A DNA stretch of 57,379 nt, filler included, from Sphacelaria rigidula (Eukaryota): NCBI GenBank assembly GCA_964200075.2. It is 3 parts of 3 records of this genome, joined end to end, with 100 filler letters (N's around TTAATTAATTAA, not from the genome) between each part and the next. Parts side by side here need not be neighbours in the genome. Positions count along the whole stretch, not along the records: positions 1 to 19,063 come from CAXNAA020000739.1; positions 19,164 to 38,223 come from CAXNAA020000740.1; 1 more part is not named here. One strand, 5' to 3'. Positions 15,001 through 25,600 of this stretch are shown one piece after another; within the stretch, counting starts at the first letter, position 1, and every line of letters starts with the position of its first letter. A program made the position numbers and the translations under genes. The notes under the pieces are model-generated. The model made no database searches, was not told the origin of the DNA, and saw only the letters and a list, made by a program, of their open reading frames with translations.

Positions 15001-18000
15001 GCCGGTGCTCTAACGGGAATTTTGGCCCAAAAAGACTTGAAATCGACGTGGTCGGTGCAGCGTTATGAGAGAAACCTTGTCCACAAAAGAAAATAAATGT
15101 TTTTCACGTTTTCGGCCGTATCTCATGGAAGACGTCATCGATATCAAATTTGATTGCGCCAAAATTCCCGTCAGATCCCGGGGTGTCAGGAGAGTGACTG
15201 GCGTGTCGGACGATTCGACCGTCTTGGTGTAAATCGCAAAAAAAACTCCCGCCCCGAAAAAAAACATCGATTTCTATCTCTCGAAACTGTTGTCAAGTAC
15301 AGTCTTGCCGGGGTTTCAACAAACGGAAACTATTGCTGTACAACATGCTATCGCTCGGCAAACATTCATTTTCACCGAATCCTGTTTAGTGGTGACGTCA
15401 TCGTGGAGAAAATGAAGAAAAAGAAAACACTAGATCAGGTCCACCGGGACCTTGCGCTTACTCCAGGGCGTAGATTCCTGAAGGAATCTAGGGTATTCGC
15501 GGTAAAGTTTATCTACGTGCAGTGGGCGGTGGGTGAAGTTTACTGCGCGGGCGGAATAGGGGGGATATTGTTGTGCTTCTAGTTGCCGTTGACGCAGCCT
15601 GCGCGTAGGACAGACCACTCGTCGAAGAAACAGTATCGCCACATCTCGACGTATAATGAGAGAAACGTGGGCTCCAGGACCGATGCGAAACCTGTAGGTA
15701 AGGAAGATCAGGCTGTAATGCGTGCGAGGATCGCGTGCTTTTAGGACAGGATTGGAGAATAAACACCCCAGGATCGACGTGGCGAAAGACCGCTCGGGCC
15801 TGTCCCTGCAGGGACCGCGCCGTTGACCCCTACACTGACACTAACACGAACACGAACACGAACCCTAGCACTAACCCTAACAATAGGGATGTTTAAACTC
15901 CGATGCGGTCCAAAACGCACGTGGTCCTCCCACGCATTACAAGACTGCCCGCGGGAGATACGTCAGTGTTAAGATGCAACTTGGCATGTGCGGTGAACTC
16001 AGAAACTCCGTGTGTGCGCACAAGCGCCGGCGTTCGCTTACACCTACATCTGTCGAATATGGAAAGAATTTGGTGGAGAAACTGCAGACCATGAAATGCG
16101 ACGGCTGTCACCGTAGTTCCCTTTACTTTGTGCGTTTTTGTCATGGAACCAAGAAGCTGGTTTTAGAGCTCTTGTACTGTCAGATTTTGCCAATAGGGGT
16201 AAGTTTATATTCAATATCTGGATTTGATTATGCACTTTTGCCAGTTCAAGGCGTCAGTCTCATTGGCCTCTCACGTGAAAACAAAATCTCGCAATGCTTT
16301 CGTTGCGCAGGGTCGCCCTGCGCAGTACTTCTACAGCGCCAACGCGCGCAGCCGGCAAGAGTGGGAAAGGGAGCATCGCCGTCCCCATTGCCTCAACAAT
16401 GGCGGCGCTTTTGACTTCATGTCCATGTATTTTATGATAAATGCCGTTACACCAAACGTGAGTGGACGAAGATCGGTTGTGGAGCAATTCTTCCTTCGCC
16501 TCGCCAGAAGACATTCATAGTACAAATAGAGATGCGTTCTACCATGCCAGAGGTCGCTTTTTCCTGTTCAAGGGCAAAGCGTCTAAACATCTGCCATGAC
16601 GCAGCCGGTTTGGTGCGGGTAGTGCGGGAATGGCGGGCAGGGTGTGTGTTGCACATAGTATCGTGTTGTTTGGTATTAACTGGACCCCTGACACCGCCAG
16701 ACGACTAGGTGAGGCTCGGGCGATCGAAAGTGATCGCTTTTCGGGTGGACAAGAACAAGCTCTTCATGCCGACTTCCCATTGAGAATACGCGTCATAATT
16801 CACTTTGATCCCTAATCCTTCCAGTTCAGAGTCACTGGTGATACAGTCGGAAACATACGGGAACCTATGCCACATCCATTGGACCAAACCACTTGTTTAT
16901 GAGCACGAACCAGGCGAGAATTCGTCTGTTTTGAAGAACCACCCCGACTTGGAGAGTGGCTCATGCTGCACGTGCATGCTCACGGTGGGCAATGGTGTCG
17001 ATGCATCGACGATGATGGACACAATAACGAGTATACTTTGCGCAATAATGTCAAACGGTGTGCATTACCAATGCCGAGTAAATGATCCCACCCACCCCTT
17101 TCACCCCTTCTTCCTCATGTATGCCGAAATCTCGGTTTTCCCGCATAGCACGGCCACAGCGGCGGCAATTATCAACCACACGAAGGTCACGACAGCAACG
17201 ACCAGCATTCACAATGGACGGAAAGGTCATACGGCGGTGGTGAGGTGGCGCCGGGTGTGACGTGTGCTGTGCCGTAGTCTGGTTCTGTGTGGCAGATATT
17301 AGAACTGGAGGACTGTGGCGATTTGAGAAAGGGCCCGAAGATTGCCTATGAGCATGCCGTGTTTGATCCTGTGGAGGTGCATGAGATACTATCAACCGTG
17401 ATGCTGACGTTATTGACATATGATTTACTTGGGAACAAACCCAAAATACCACACTGCCCAAGCTGCAAAGTAGAATAGCCGACGCAACAACGAAAATGTT
17501 CCGAGATATATTCTGTTTGCTTGGAAGAGCTTTGTCTGCTTGGAAGAGCTTTGTCTGCTTGGAAGAGCTTTGTCTGCTTGAGAAGCAAATGTACGATGTC
17601 GTCATTGTATCCATCCAGCAGACCATATGCCTCAATATGTGACGTGTGCAAAGTTCGAGTGTCTCTTAACTTCTTACTCCCCGTGACCGAATACTCCCCG
17701 CGCTTCTTCATCAGGCACCATTGTTCCCGACGAGCCTCTGGTTGATGTCACGGAAGACGATTGGCTGGATATCGACCGAGGTGTGTCACCTCATCGCTTA
17801 CCACCTTCCATACGTACGAAGCAGTCGAACTACGGAATAATTAACTGGGAAAGGGTTTTAGCTTCGTCGAATGATCGGGCACGTGCTACGACGATCGCGA
17901 AACGATATGATAGAGAAAAGCGCGTCCACAAAATAGAAAAAGACTGAGTACTAGACGGTAGCTGGTGAGGAGGAAGTTCTTTGATACGTTCAGCACACGT

Positions 18001-18470
18001 GTGGGCTAGAAGTACACCAGATGGCAACGATTCGCCGTCGACCTTTGAGATACATCAAGCGATGTATACAACACTCGGACTTGCCACCACCTCAGGTTTG
18101 GAAAATGGTCGTAGTCCACTGGATGGCGTTCGCGACCTTTTGTTGGAAGGAGCAACGGTGTTCAATCCCAGCAAGTTGGGACAAATTGACGAGTTGCTCA
18201 TGGAAGCCGGCTCGGACATTCATCGAACTATGAGACCACTCGTCGAGGAGGTGAGTAATCACTGTCCCTTCATGGTCTATATTGCTTATTGACTAGAATC
18301 TCGAGGTAGCAGAACATTCGTCTTTTCCCGACAGTGTCTTGCTTTGTCCGCAGGTTGCAAACGCCGCTCACTCGCTGAAGTCATCGCTGCCTCTACTGTT
18401 TCTTGTAGGCCGGCGAATTTGCTTCACAGGTGGGAAATTCAGCGGCATCGTGGGGGATGCAAATTGGTGA
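71..18470 (+). CDS. Multi-exon RNI-like leucine-rich-repeat protein, CARMIL/LRRC16-like LRR followed by a helical/coiled-coil region (5'-partial; 3' end uncertain)
   Basis: Exons with AG/GT borders: 71-217 (CGIGDKAL...ELRLNGNRLTSVGL), 1824-1955, 2430-2558, ~4490-4573 (LTCLELAGSDLSGGG), ~5375-5527 (LRHLDISNPN...LEEFDMSGL), 6196-6413, 8401-8461 (LCSLDISL), 11210-11355, 12322-12546, ~12980-13092, ~13937-14080, 14360-14497, ~16311-16426, ~17296-17376, ~18060-18250, 18354-18470. Most junctions are phase-consistent, but some internal exons are missing or uncertain. An alternative donor at ~18405 and a further exon at ~18640-18703 could carry the gene into the gap. Confidence 0.75.
3880..4213. mobile_element. 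Non-autonomous TIR DNA transposon (CACTA/CMC-like MITE) in an intron
   Basis: 21-bp TIR CACACGCGGCCATTCGGCTAC (3880-3900) / GTAGCCAAATGGCCGCGTGTG (4193-4213), one mismatch. Flanked by TG on both sides. Interior packed with the palindromic motif CCTCCGGAGG / CCTCTGGAGG. Confidence 0.75.
6871..7034. repeat. Direct duplication of ~59 bp
   Basis: CGTAGTATACTAGG(T/G)GAGTCAAAGG...GAACGTGTGCTATCA at 6871-6929 and 6976-7034. Confidence 0.75.
7385..7495. mobile_element. Degenerate copy of the ~130-bp CCCTGGAC MITE family
   Basis: Shares ...GTTCCATATTGTACGCAGTACATTT...TTGTCCAGGG with the copies at 33254-33383 and 44967-45095; left TIR degraded. Confidence 0.55.
9590..9680 (+). other. tRNA-like (Pol III A/B box) fragment, probably a SINE head or pseudo-tRNA
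   Basis: A-box-like TATCAAAGTGGTCTGAGG followed by a perfect B-box GGTTCGAATCCC (~9653-9664) and a T-run. No convincing acceptor or anticodon stems. Confidence 0.35.
10437..10713 (+). mobile_element. 3' fragment of a non-LTR retrotransposon (LINE) ending in poly(C)
   Basis: Degenerate ORF end (...AVLGDRWWP...NGAPSPKGCVVNGQMTQASNK*) followed by GTACGCCCCCC. The same terminus recurs at ~29355-29417, 36177-36260 (-), 37218-37297 and 57314-57370. Confidence 0.65.
10775..10930 (+). repeat. Dispersed repeat (SINE/LINE-derived), second copy inverted at 38324-38483
   Basis: GCTATAAAACACGCCACTCACTGCGTAAGCTAGGCAACCAGGTTACCGAT is present near-identically as reverse complement at ~38395-38445. Confidence 0.75.
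11210..11355 (+). CDS. Exon of CARMIL-like LRR gene (not in the ORF track)
   Basis: tcgcag|GA TTG CAG...CTC GAG|gtttgc encodes LQPQEKQILACALATVVATTPLQSLFMAGDSSSQGVNFMGAALVPLLE and joins in phase 0 to exon 12322. Confidence 0.75.
12322..12546 (+). CDS. Exon of CARMIL-like LRR gene (last LRRs and C-cap)
   Basis: acatag|GCA...CTC GAG|gtgcc encodes AVGYSRTLLEMDISGNCMGDAGGIALGQALRINRSVHSLRYDQSMLTKVGFQAIRGCLYGNKKLVDVSYPRFDLE, matching the recalled CARMIL pattern DISGNxMGDxG..L..ALxxNxxxxxxxxD....xxGF. Confidence 0.85.
14917..15268. mobile_element. Foldback/MITE with ~115-bp imperfect inverted arms
   Basis: Left arm ...GATTTACACGAAGACGGTAGAATCATCCGACACG...CACTCTCCTGA...ACGGGAATTTTGGC (14917-15030) is the reverse complement of the right arm GCCAAAATTCCCGT...TCAGGAGAGTGA...CGTGTCGGACGATTCGACCGTCTTGGTGTAAATC (15155-15268). 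Confidence 0.75.
17518..17580. repeat. 19-bp tandem repeat, ~3.3 copies
   Basis: (TGCTTGGAAGAGCTTTGTC)x3 plus a partial unit, perfect copies. Confidence 0.85.
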
Positions 18471-19013
18471 GAACTTCGCGAAATGTTGCAGCCAGTTGTC
18501 ATGATTACGATTAAGGTGCGTGTGCTGTCGTCGAAACCAATTTTCAGGGGTCAGGAATACTTCCCCCTCATGCGTGAAGGGTAACGAAAGGGAGCACCGT
18601 GGACTACCTATTCCGAACATATGCGCTCCTATTCGTTCAGCGATCAGAGGTTTTGCAGAGGTTGAACCCATGTCTTACACAGTTGCCCATGTGTCCATCG
18701 AAAGGTGTGACACACGTTCTGAACTTCTTCACTTTGTGTTTTCAGGATAATAAACTTATTTCGAACTTGTGTAAGCTATAGGCGCGGTATGTTTCATCTG
18801 AATGTATCATTGCTAGGAGATAACGGTGGCGTGTGTGTATGGTTAGGTTCCTGCCCGTAATTGCGTCGTGCACAGCATACCCGAATATTAGAAGAGGAAA
18901 ATATTACTGCCAAATACGTCAAGGTACGAACACCCATCATAACAGCTGTCAAAAACGTCTGCTGGGCACGAAACGAAAGTCCAAACCATTCAGATTGTAT
19001 TCGTCCTGGTACC

Positions 19014-19063
<50 letters not shown>
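19014..19063. repeat. (TTA)n microsatellite abutting the gap; possibly the (TAA)n tail of the minus-strand LINE
   Basis: ~16 perfect TAT/TTA units immediately before the N-run. Confidence 0.8.
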
Positions 19064-19163
19064 NNNNNNNNNNNNNNNNNNNNNNNNNNNNNNNNNNNNN
19101 NNNNNNNTTAATTAATTAANNNNNNNNNNNNNNNNNNNNNNNNNNNNNNNNNNNNNNNNNNNN
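19064..19163. other. Scaffold gap with artificial six-frame-stop linker
   Basis: 44 N + TTAATTAATTAA + 44 N; identical structure at 38224-38323. Confidence 0.95.
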
Positions 19164-20560
19164 GTGTACGCGGTCGAGCTTTCCCCGCGAATTGGTGTGC
19201 GAAAAAATGTATTTGTGATGGCCATTTTATTTTCCGCGGCGCATTTTAGGAGGCGTCTACCATTATCGTTCCGGGTGTCTCTGCCATACTCTCCCAACAC
19301 CCGAGCGTCATCCATACCTCCTACTTCTCTCTTTCCGGTACGAGCATTGGCATCCATCATTAGTACTAGGTGCTCGTTGGTGAGCACTTCAGCGATGGAA
19401 CTGCCGAGAGTTTTCCGGAACGTGGTCTTATCAGAACCTTGTGCTCTTCAGTAGGATCATACCCTACAACCAAGGTTGTGGCAACTCTATGCCGGCAAGC
19501 TACTCGTACCTTCAGGGCCCTGGCACTCACGTGTTCGGGAGTGATGGCATCTGGACCCAGTGTGTTGGCGATAGACTCCTTGATGGCAAGGCCGAAACCA
19601 AGCATTCCCGGTTTCCCCCCGTCTCCATGGCAGTGGCTGCTGCAGTGAACTATGTAGTCCGCTGTCGGTGCGTGGAGGGCTGTTCGTCCATCGCGACGGG
19701 TTTCTTGGCGGGCGACGCAATCACAGTTGTACTTGGATGCAAAAAGCAGTAGGTCCNNNNNNNNNNTAGGTCCTCTGCGTGGCCTGTGCCGTTGGAACCT
19801 CTCTCGGCCATGGTGCGTACATTCCACGTGGCCACCACCAGCTCTTTGGATCGAGCCTCCGCTCTTGCGGCAGTACGATTCGCGTGAGAATGAACCTTGT
19901 CGGCTCGCCGAACTGGTCTTCCCCTCCTTCCCTTCCTTCGTTTTTCTCTGCCCCTTCCTTTTTGGTGTCTGACGCAGCGTTTGTTTGCTACAATTCTCCG
20001 TTTCCACGCACTCTTCTGCCCACGCTGGTTCATGCCCATCTGTTCCTGCGCGAGGTTCAGCGGACCTTGCGCACGTCGACCTCCACCAAGTCGACCTTTA
20101 TGCTTACACGCACGCCGCTGTCTGCTCTCAGAGCTACGGCNNNNNNNATGCTTTCGGCGGTGGCGATGAGTGGTCGGATTAGCGGCCCCTTCCGGCAGGG
20201 ATAGGGCGTGTTCCGATATCATCGCCATGTAGCAGCACGTTTATGGGTGGTGAACACCGTACGGTGCAGGCAGGGGCGCCGGCGCAAAGGGCATTCAAAC
20301 CCACCCCACTGGTATGCGTAGCAGTTAGATACTATAGTAGGAGTTAATCTCCGCACAAGCCGAGTGTTGTACGCTTCCAGGGATCTCTGCCTTAGCTGGC
20401 CTGTATCCGGTGACGGCGGTTCGAGTCTACGACCGGGAAAGGTACCGACTGTATCATGGGTGATAAACACCGTATGGCTTGCACGAGCAGGGGTACGTGG
20501 GATGAGAAGTAACCCAGCTACTGCACGGGCGTGGTACGAAGTAGATTGACAGTAGATATC
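19164..20560 (-). mobile_element. RTE-like LINE retrotransposon, 5' part with APE endonuclease (frameshifted, truncated by gap)
   Basis: APE motifs across frames: LVVATWNVRTM, CVARQETRR, LVVGYDPTE, LVLMMDANARTG, EYGRDTRNDNGRRLL, AITNTFF. The 5' boundary is approximate. Confidence 0.9.
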
Positions 20561-21806
20561 ACAGATACTCCGTACTAGACCGCTGCCGTCAGCCAGCCCA
20601 ACCCGGCCTCAGCGCTCGGGCCGAGGCCGGAGGGGAAGCAGGCCGTTATTTCCACTAAATTCAACTTCGAATCGATATTAGGAGCAACGATCTTCAGAAT
20701 GCGCGTGGTACCGATAAAGAACGCTATTACATACAGTACTGCTTGAGGCCGTTTTACCCAAATACAAGCGCACGGCGAGTGTGTCAGGTTGTCCGAAACA
20801 TCTATGAGTCTTTTTCCCCTGGGATCAAACACCCGACCTATCGTAGCACGGCTCTGTACATGCTCTCCCGCGCTGTACGAGTAACACCGCATGGGTGGGC
20901 ACAGAGTGCCAGCGTGAAAAAGCACGGCGCCACTTGTACCTTTTCAACTCATGACACCGACCACGTGGCATTCGGAACAGAAAAGACTAAACCTTGAAAA
21001 GTTGGCCACGGTCCACACCTGCGTGGTAAATAAAATAAAAACAAACCTGGGGTTTAAGCGTGAACAATCCAGGTGTTTCTCGCTCTTATCCCTGAATTCT
21101 GATTTCTTTTCCGATACTCTCGAATGGAGAAAAATACGAAAAGAAAATACGAAAATGCGAAAAGAAAATTAAAGAAGGAGAAAGGACTGCTGCAAGCCCT
21201 CCAAGTTCCGATGTCACATGCGACCATTCGGGCTACTGGGGCAGGAAGTGCTGTATGCTCCCCGTACGATCGATAAACCAGAAGGATCAAAAGCGGGGAC
21301 GGGCATACATCTTTCTGGGGGATGGTAAGAAGCTCTGGCACCGCATCGACAGATTGTGCGATGACAGGGACTCCCACTGCAGTAGATTACGTAGGTCCAT
21401 TGCGGCGCTGCTTGGGTGCTGCGTGTACCCCCCGAGCGTGCGTTTATTTGATGCTACTGTACAGCTACTAATAGCCCAAGTACACATGATAGCACTGCAT
21501 GGTATCATAGTTACGAGATATACAACAGTAGTACGAGATACACAGAAAGTGCAGGGTAAGAGATGTTGGATATGTCAGCGACTGGATGGACTTATGGACT
21601 TCCTCTCCATCACCGACGTGCTAGCCGGGAGGGGGGGGGCATGAAAATATCGCTGCATTTTGCAAGCAATTGCAGGAGGAGAGCAGCATACAGTATACCA
21701 ACGTCCCAAGTGCACCGACACTACTGCACAATCAGTTGCTTCCTGTACAACATACAGCCCACAGCCCACTAGTGCCAATTAATTGATGTAGCAGTGCGAC
21801 ATGTAC

Positions 21807-21965
21807 TTGCCGTGAATTGGGCGAATCGTACTCGCTGGGTGCAGAGGCTTGAGATCTTGAGAAGAGCTTGGAACGGAGCTGCAATTGAGCATGTACCTCA
21901 AGTCCCACAAAAATATCCCATAATCCACCGTTCGGTCCCGTAATAGTGGCTGCAGCACGCCTCAT
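21807..21965 (-). CDS. gatB: Glutamyl/aspartyl-tRNA amidotransferase subunit B (GatB/PET112), N-terminal exon only
   Basis: MRRAAATITGPNGGLWDIFVGLEVHAQLQLRSKLFS...DSPNS contains the GatB signature (V/I)GLE(V/I)HAQL..xSKLFS...PN. Donor is either gcaagt (exon end 21811) or gtacat (exon end 21807). An upstream transit-peptide exon is possible. Confidence 0.85.
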
Positions 21966-22622
21966 GACCCTCCGACTTCAGGGGGGATGGGTTGGTACTC
22001 TGAGATATGTGACTCAGGTTTTTGATTGTAACATTTGATTGCACTCGAACTGTCAAATCCCGTTGGTATAAAACAGAACGCATTTCAGAGCAGAAGAAAA
22101 ACTGAACCAATACCTTCTTTATGAAATCTGCATATATATATATATATATATATGAACAATGCACTTCATTCTGGCAATGAATAACAACAGAACACGCAAC
22201 CGTGCCTCTCGACACGCAGCATTCGCGGCTAATTTTTCAGCGTTTTTACTTATGAGTTTTGATCCTCGTTACTAGTAGGTCATTATCCATTGAGAATCCT
22301 CTTGGGCAAGGGTGGTAACAAACGTGACACAAAATCAGACCCGGCACTGCCTCGCAGCTGGAGCTTTTCTACAAGCAAGCACGGTCGGTACAGGTACATC
22401 ACGCTGCACCAGTAGTTCACCGACTGTAGATAAGTTCACGTTTAATGCTTTAAGACCCTTATCTGTGGATTGAAAGCGAATACAGAAGCTTTGCAGGTCA
22501 TTAGCAGTACCGCCGCGTCGGTGTAAACTGCAACTACAACTGCCAGAAGCTGGGTACTGCACGTAATACAGTTGTACTGTTCTGTACGACAGTCGTCCGG
22601 CACCCGAAAAGTACTGGGAAAG

Positions 22623-25600
22623 ATGATGGGCATGCGGGATTTTTGGGTTCTACTGGGCTACCTACTCATGGCGCTGCGACGAGCACTCACAGTGGCCTGG
22701 ATACGCCTTAACAAGTTCATCTCCTGCTCCGACTGGCAAGTCAGAACCAGCACCGACTTCCGACACAAGGTGGGTGGAGTTACAATCCAATCCAGCGCGC
22801 TATCAACGGAAGTTCGGTATTATGGTCAAGTGTACTGCAGTTCAAATCCCATCACACATGATGAACAGCAGTTCAGTACTCGTAACAGTCGGCAGTGGAA
22901 CGGTATTCATGCAGACATTTTGAGACTCTTCCGAATTGCGACTGCCGCGCCGCCGAAAAACCTGTATTCTCGGAAAAATACCATCGATATAACCCAGTAT
23001 AGCAAAAGTAATTCGAGAGTGCAAGTGGAGTCTTGCCTTTTGCTTCTCGAGGTATCCCGGGTAGAAAAACGTTCACGAAGGGTGTTATCCCCCGTCATGT
23101 GTGGCACTTACATTTATTGTGGTATTTTAGGGCGTGTCTCGTGGAATATTAACTAGAAATCGAAGTCGAAGTCGAAGCCCTCCACTTCTATTTCAATCCA
23201 CAGATCTAGGTCTAGCAGCACCCGCAGCGAAAATACTTCACAGACATCGAGATTTTGGTCCACAACGACCACCAGCTGACAAAGCATAGCCGATCCATGG
23301 AGTTTAATCTTGACGAGCCTCGCCTCGGGACAGGTTTGACAGCTGACAGTCCCGGTGCACCCAGAGGTTCCCGGGGGGGAACGGAGGGGGGTGCGCCTGA
23401 ACACAGATCAACTAAAAAGCTTTCGAACTCAACCATGACTGCCTGGAAATTTCCAAAGGAAAATTCTGAGTCAGGCACTAAGCCCCATCATGATGAAGTG
23501 ACCCATTTTGACTGCTGTGATTGGTCGATTTGGTCACGTTGTTGTTCCCCTACAGATCAACCATAAATTAGCTAGCTCGTAGCTGCCGTATTTGACTATA
23601 TTGGCAACGACCGCTTGACCATGGAAAAAAACAAGCAAAGGTTATGTCTTTTCTTGTGTGCATTTTTTGGGCCCTGCCTCGCCCCTCTTTTGCTGTCAAG
23701 GTATGTGCATGGTGTATGTAGTATTGTGCAGCACTAAGCACTAGAGATGATAACAGCGTGCAGCAGAAAAACTGTGTTCAGTGGAGAGCGATGATACGCT
23801 GATTGCTTCATACCGTTGTATTCATCCGCTGATGAGACAAGTTTCTGTGCACAGTACAGGCAGCCAAGAAGAAAGAGTAGTTGAGACGATGTGACACGCG
23901 TACGAAGTACCTTATCAAAACACAACGCCCGAAGTTTGGCAGCACTGCAAACAAGGCATGGACAAAAAGAAATAGGTGTGTTACTTGTTCTATACAACGC
24001 AGCAGTGAGTGGTGCCCGCCCATATGCACCACGCTTGCCCAACATGAAAGCATGTTACCCCACGAAAATAGCTCAGCGAAGGCGCACATACTTTCACTCG
24101 ACTTGTGCCTCAAAACCGGTCAGGGGTTGTCCAGCACTACTTCTATGCGGATACTCAAATACCCATATATTCGTGTAAAGAGGCGCTTTGTCTTTGAAAA
24201 AAATAGCCGCTCTGATCCGCGAATGTAGCATGGTGGATTCCCGTTGATCGGTGGGAGGTTCTCAGTCAAGGGTTTGAAACACTGACCATTGGACTTGATC
24301 CGCCCTCCAAATAGTGCTCGATAGCCAGCTCTTACTCGACCAAGTGTGATATGCATATTTTGGCTTCGATCCGTCAAGAAATGAGGCTGCAATGGCCCTT
24401 CTCGGGAAAACCACACAACACAAGATGTGTCAAACACTGCACACGGTTGAGGCGCAAATATCACAAAATTGTTTGTACACGTAATTGATGATCGCTCGAT
24501 ATGAAATCAAACGCACTCGATCGAGGCATCATATTCAACTGGATTCAGGCTATCTGTGGACGTGCGCCTTTTCTCATGTGGCTATTTGTACGCGATGCTG
24601 TATGCCCTGGATTGTTGGCCACACGTTTTCGGACGTCCAGGCGACCTTGCACTGACCATCAGTGATGTCCCATCGGTCCAGGCAAGCTTGTTACGCCGAC
24701 TTTCGATGACAACGTTCAGCTTTTCGATTTGAGTATTTTAGTGGGATCTTCCTACGGCCTTGGAAATCGAAACCAGTTTCGTTGCCCCCCAGAGGTTAGG
24801 GGCAATCACAGCTCCCGAGCAGATTTCGATTCCAGTGTTCGAAAGTGTTTTTTACTCAATCGCGTCCTTTACCCGCGGGCGCGCAAAGCAGGCAACCCTT
24901 TGTTTGGAGATGTTTTGGAAGCTACTAATTTTGCACTTTGCTACGACAAGGAAAGCCGCCGCGCCTGTGTGTTGGTAGCTTGCACAACCATCACATTTTT
25001 GCTAGGGTCAGACGAACAGTGATCAGTCTGAAAAGTTCTTGCTTTTAGTGTAATTGATTCGTACGGGACGAATGAATCCTTGGGCTTTGTTTTCAGCGTT
25101 GCACACCAGGTACGTGGAATAGGGCAAAATTTGCGTAAGAGCGTCTCAGACCCACGGTCGTTTTTTCCCTCTTTCGAGGAATTAGGCCTCAGAAAATGTA
25201 GATGCGGTGATTCGAACCAGCGATGATGCGTCCGATCCTTTCATTCTTGAGCCTTGCACATGAGAACTACTGAACTGTAATGTTTCCAGGGGATGAAATA
25301 GAGTTGATGCGAACTCCAAGCATTCTGCATTCCACCTGTGACGTCATGTGCCTGCTGCCCTTGCAAGGTGGACTACTCACAAGACTTCGGGTGCTTTCAC
25401 ATCTGCCGTGCGACTCTCTGCCTATCCTTCGTCAACCGTTCCTCTACACGCCATCGTTGATCCTCCAATTATGACCCACGCCCTCTATGCTGCTACAGGT
25501 GGTCCTTATTGGCGATGGTTTTGCGGAGGGTCTTGGGGATTGGGTAGTTATGGGCGGTATGGCGGGGGTCACACGACAGCTGCAGATGCATGCGGGAACG

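Noticed and set aside
19108-19119. TTAATTAATTAA palindrome inside N-runs (also 38268-38279)
   Set aside because: An artificial scaffolding spacer with stops in all six frames; not biological.
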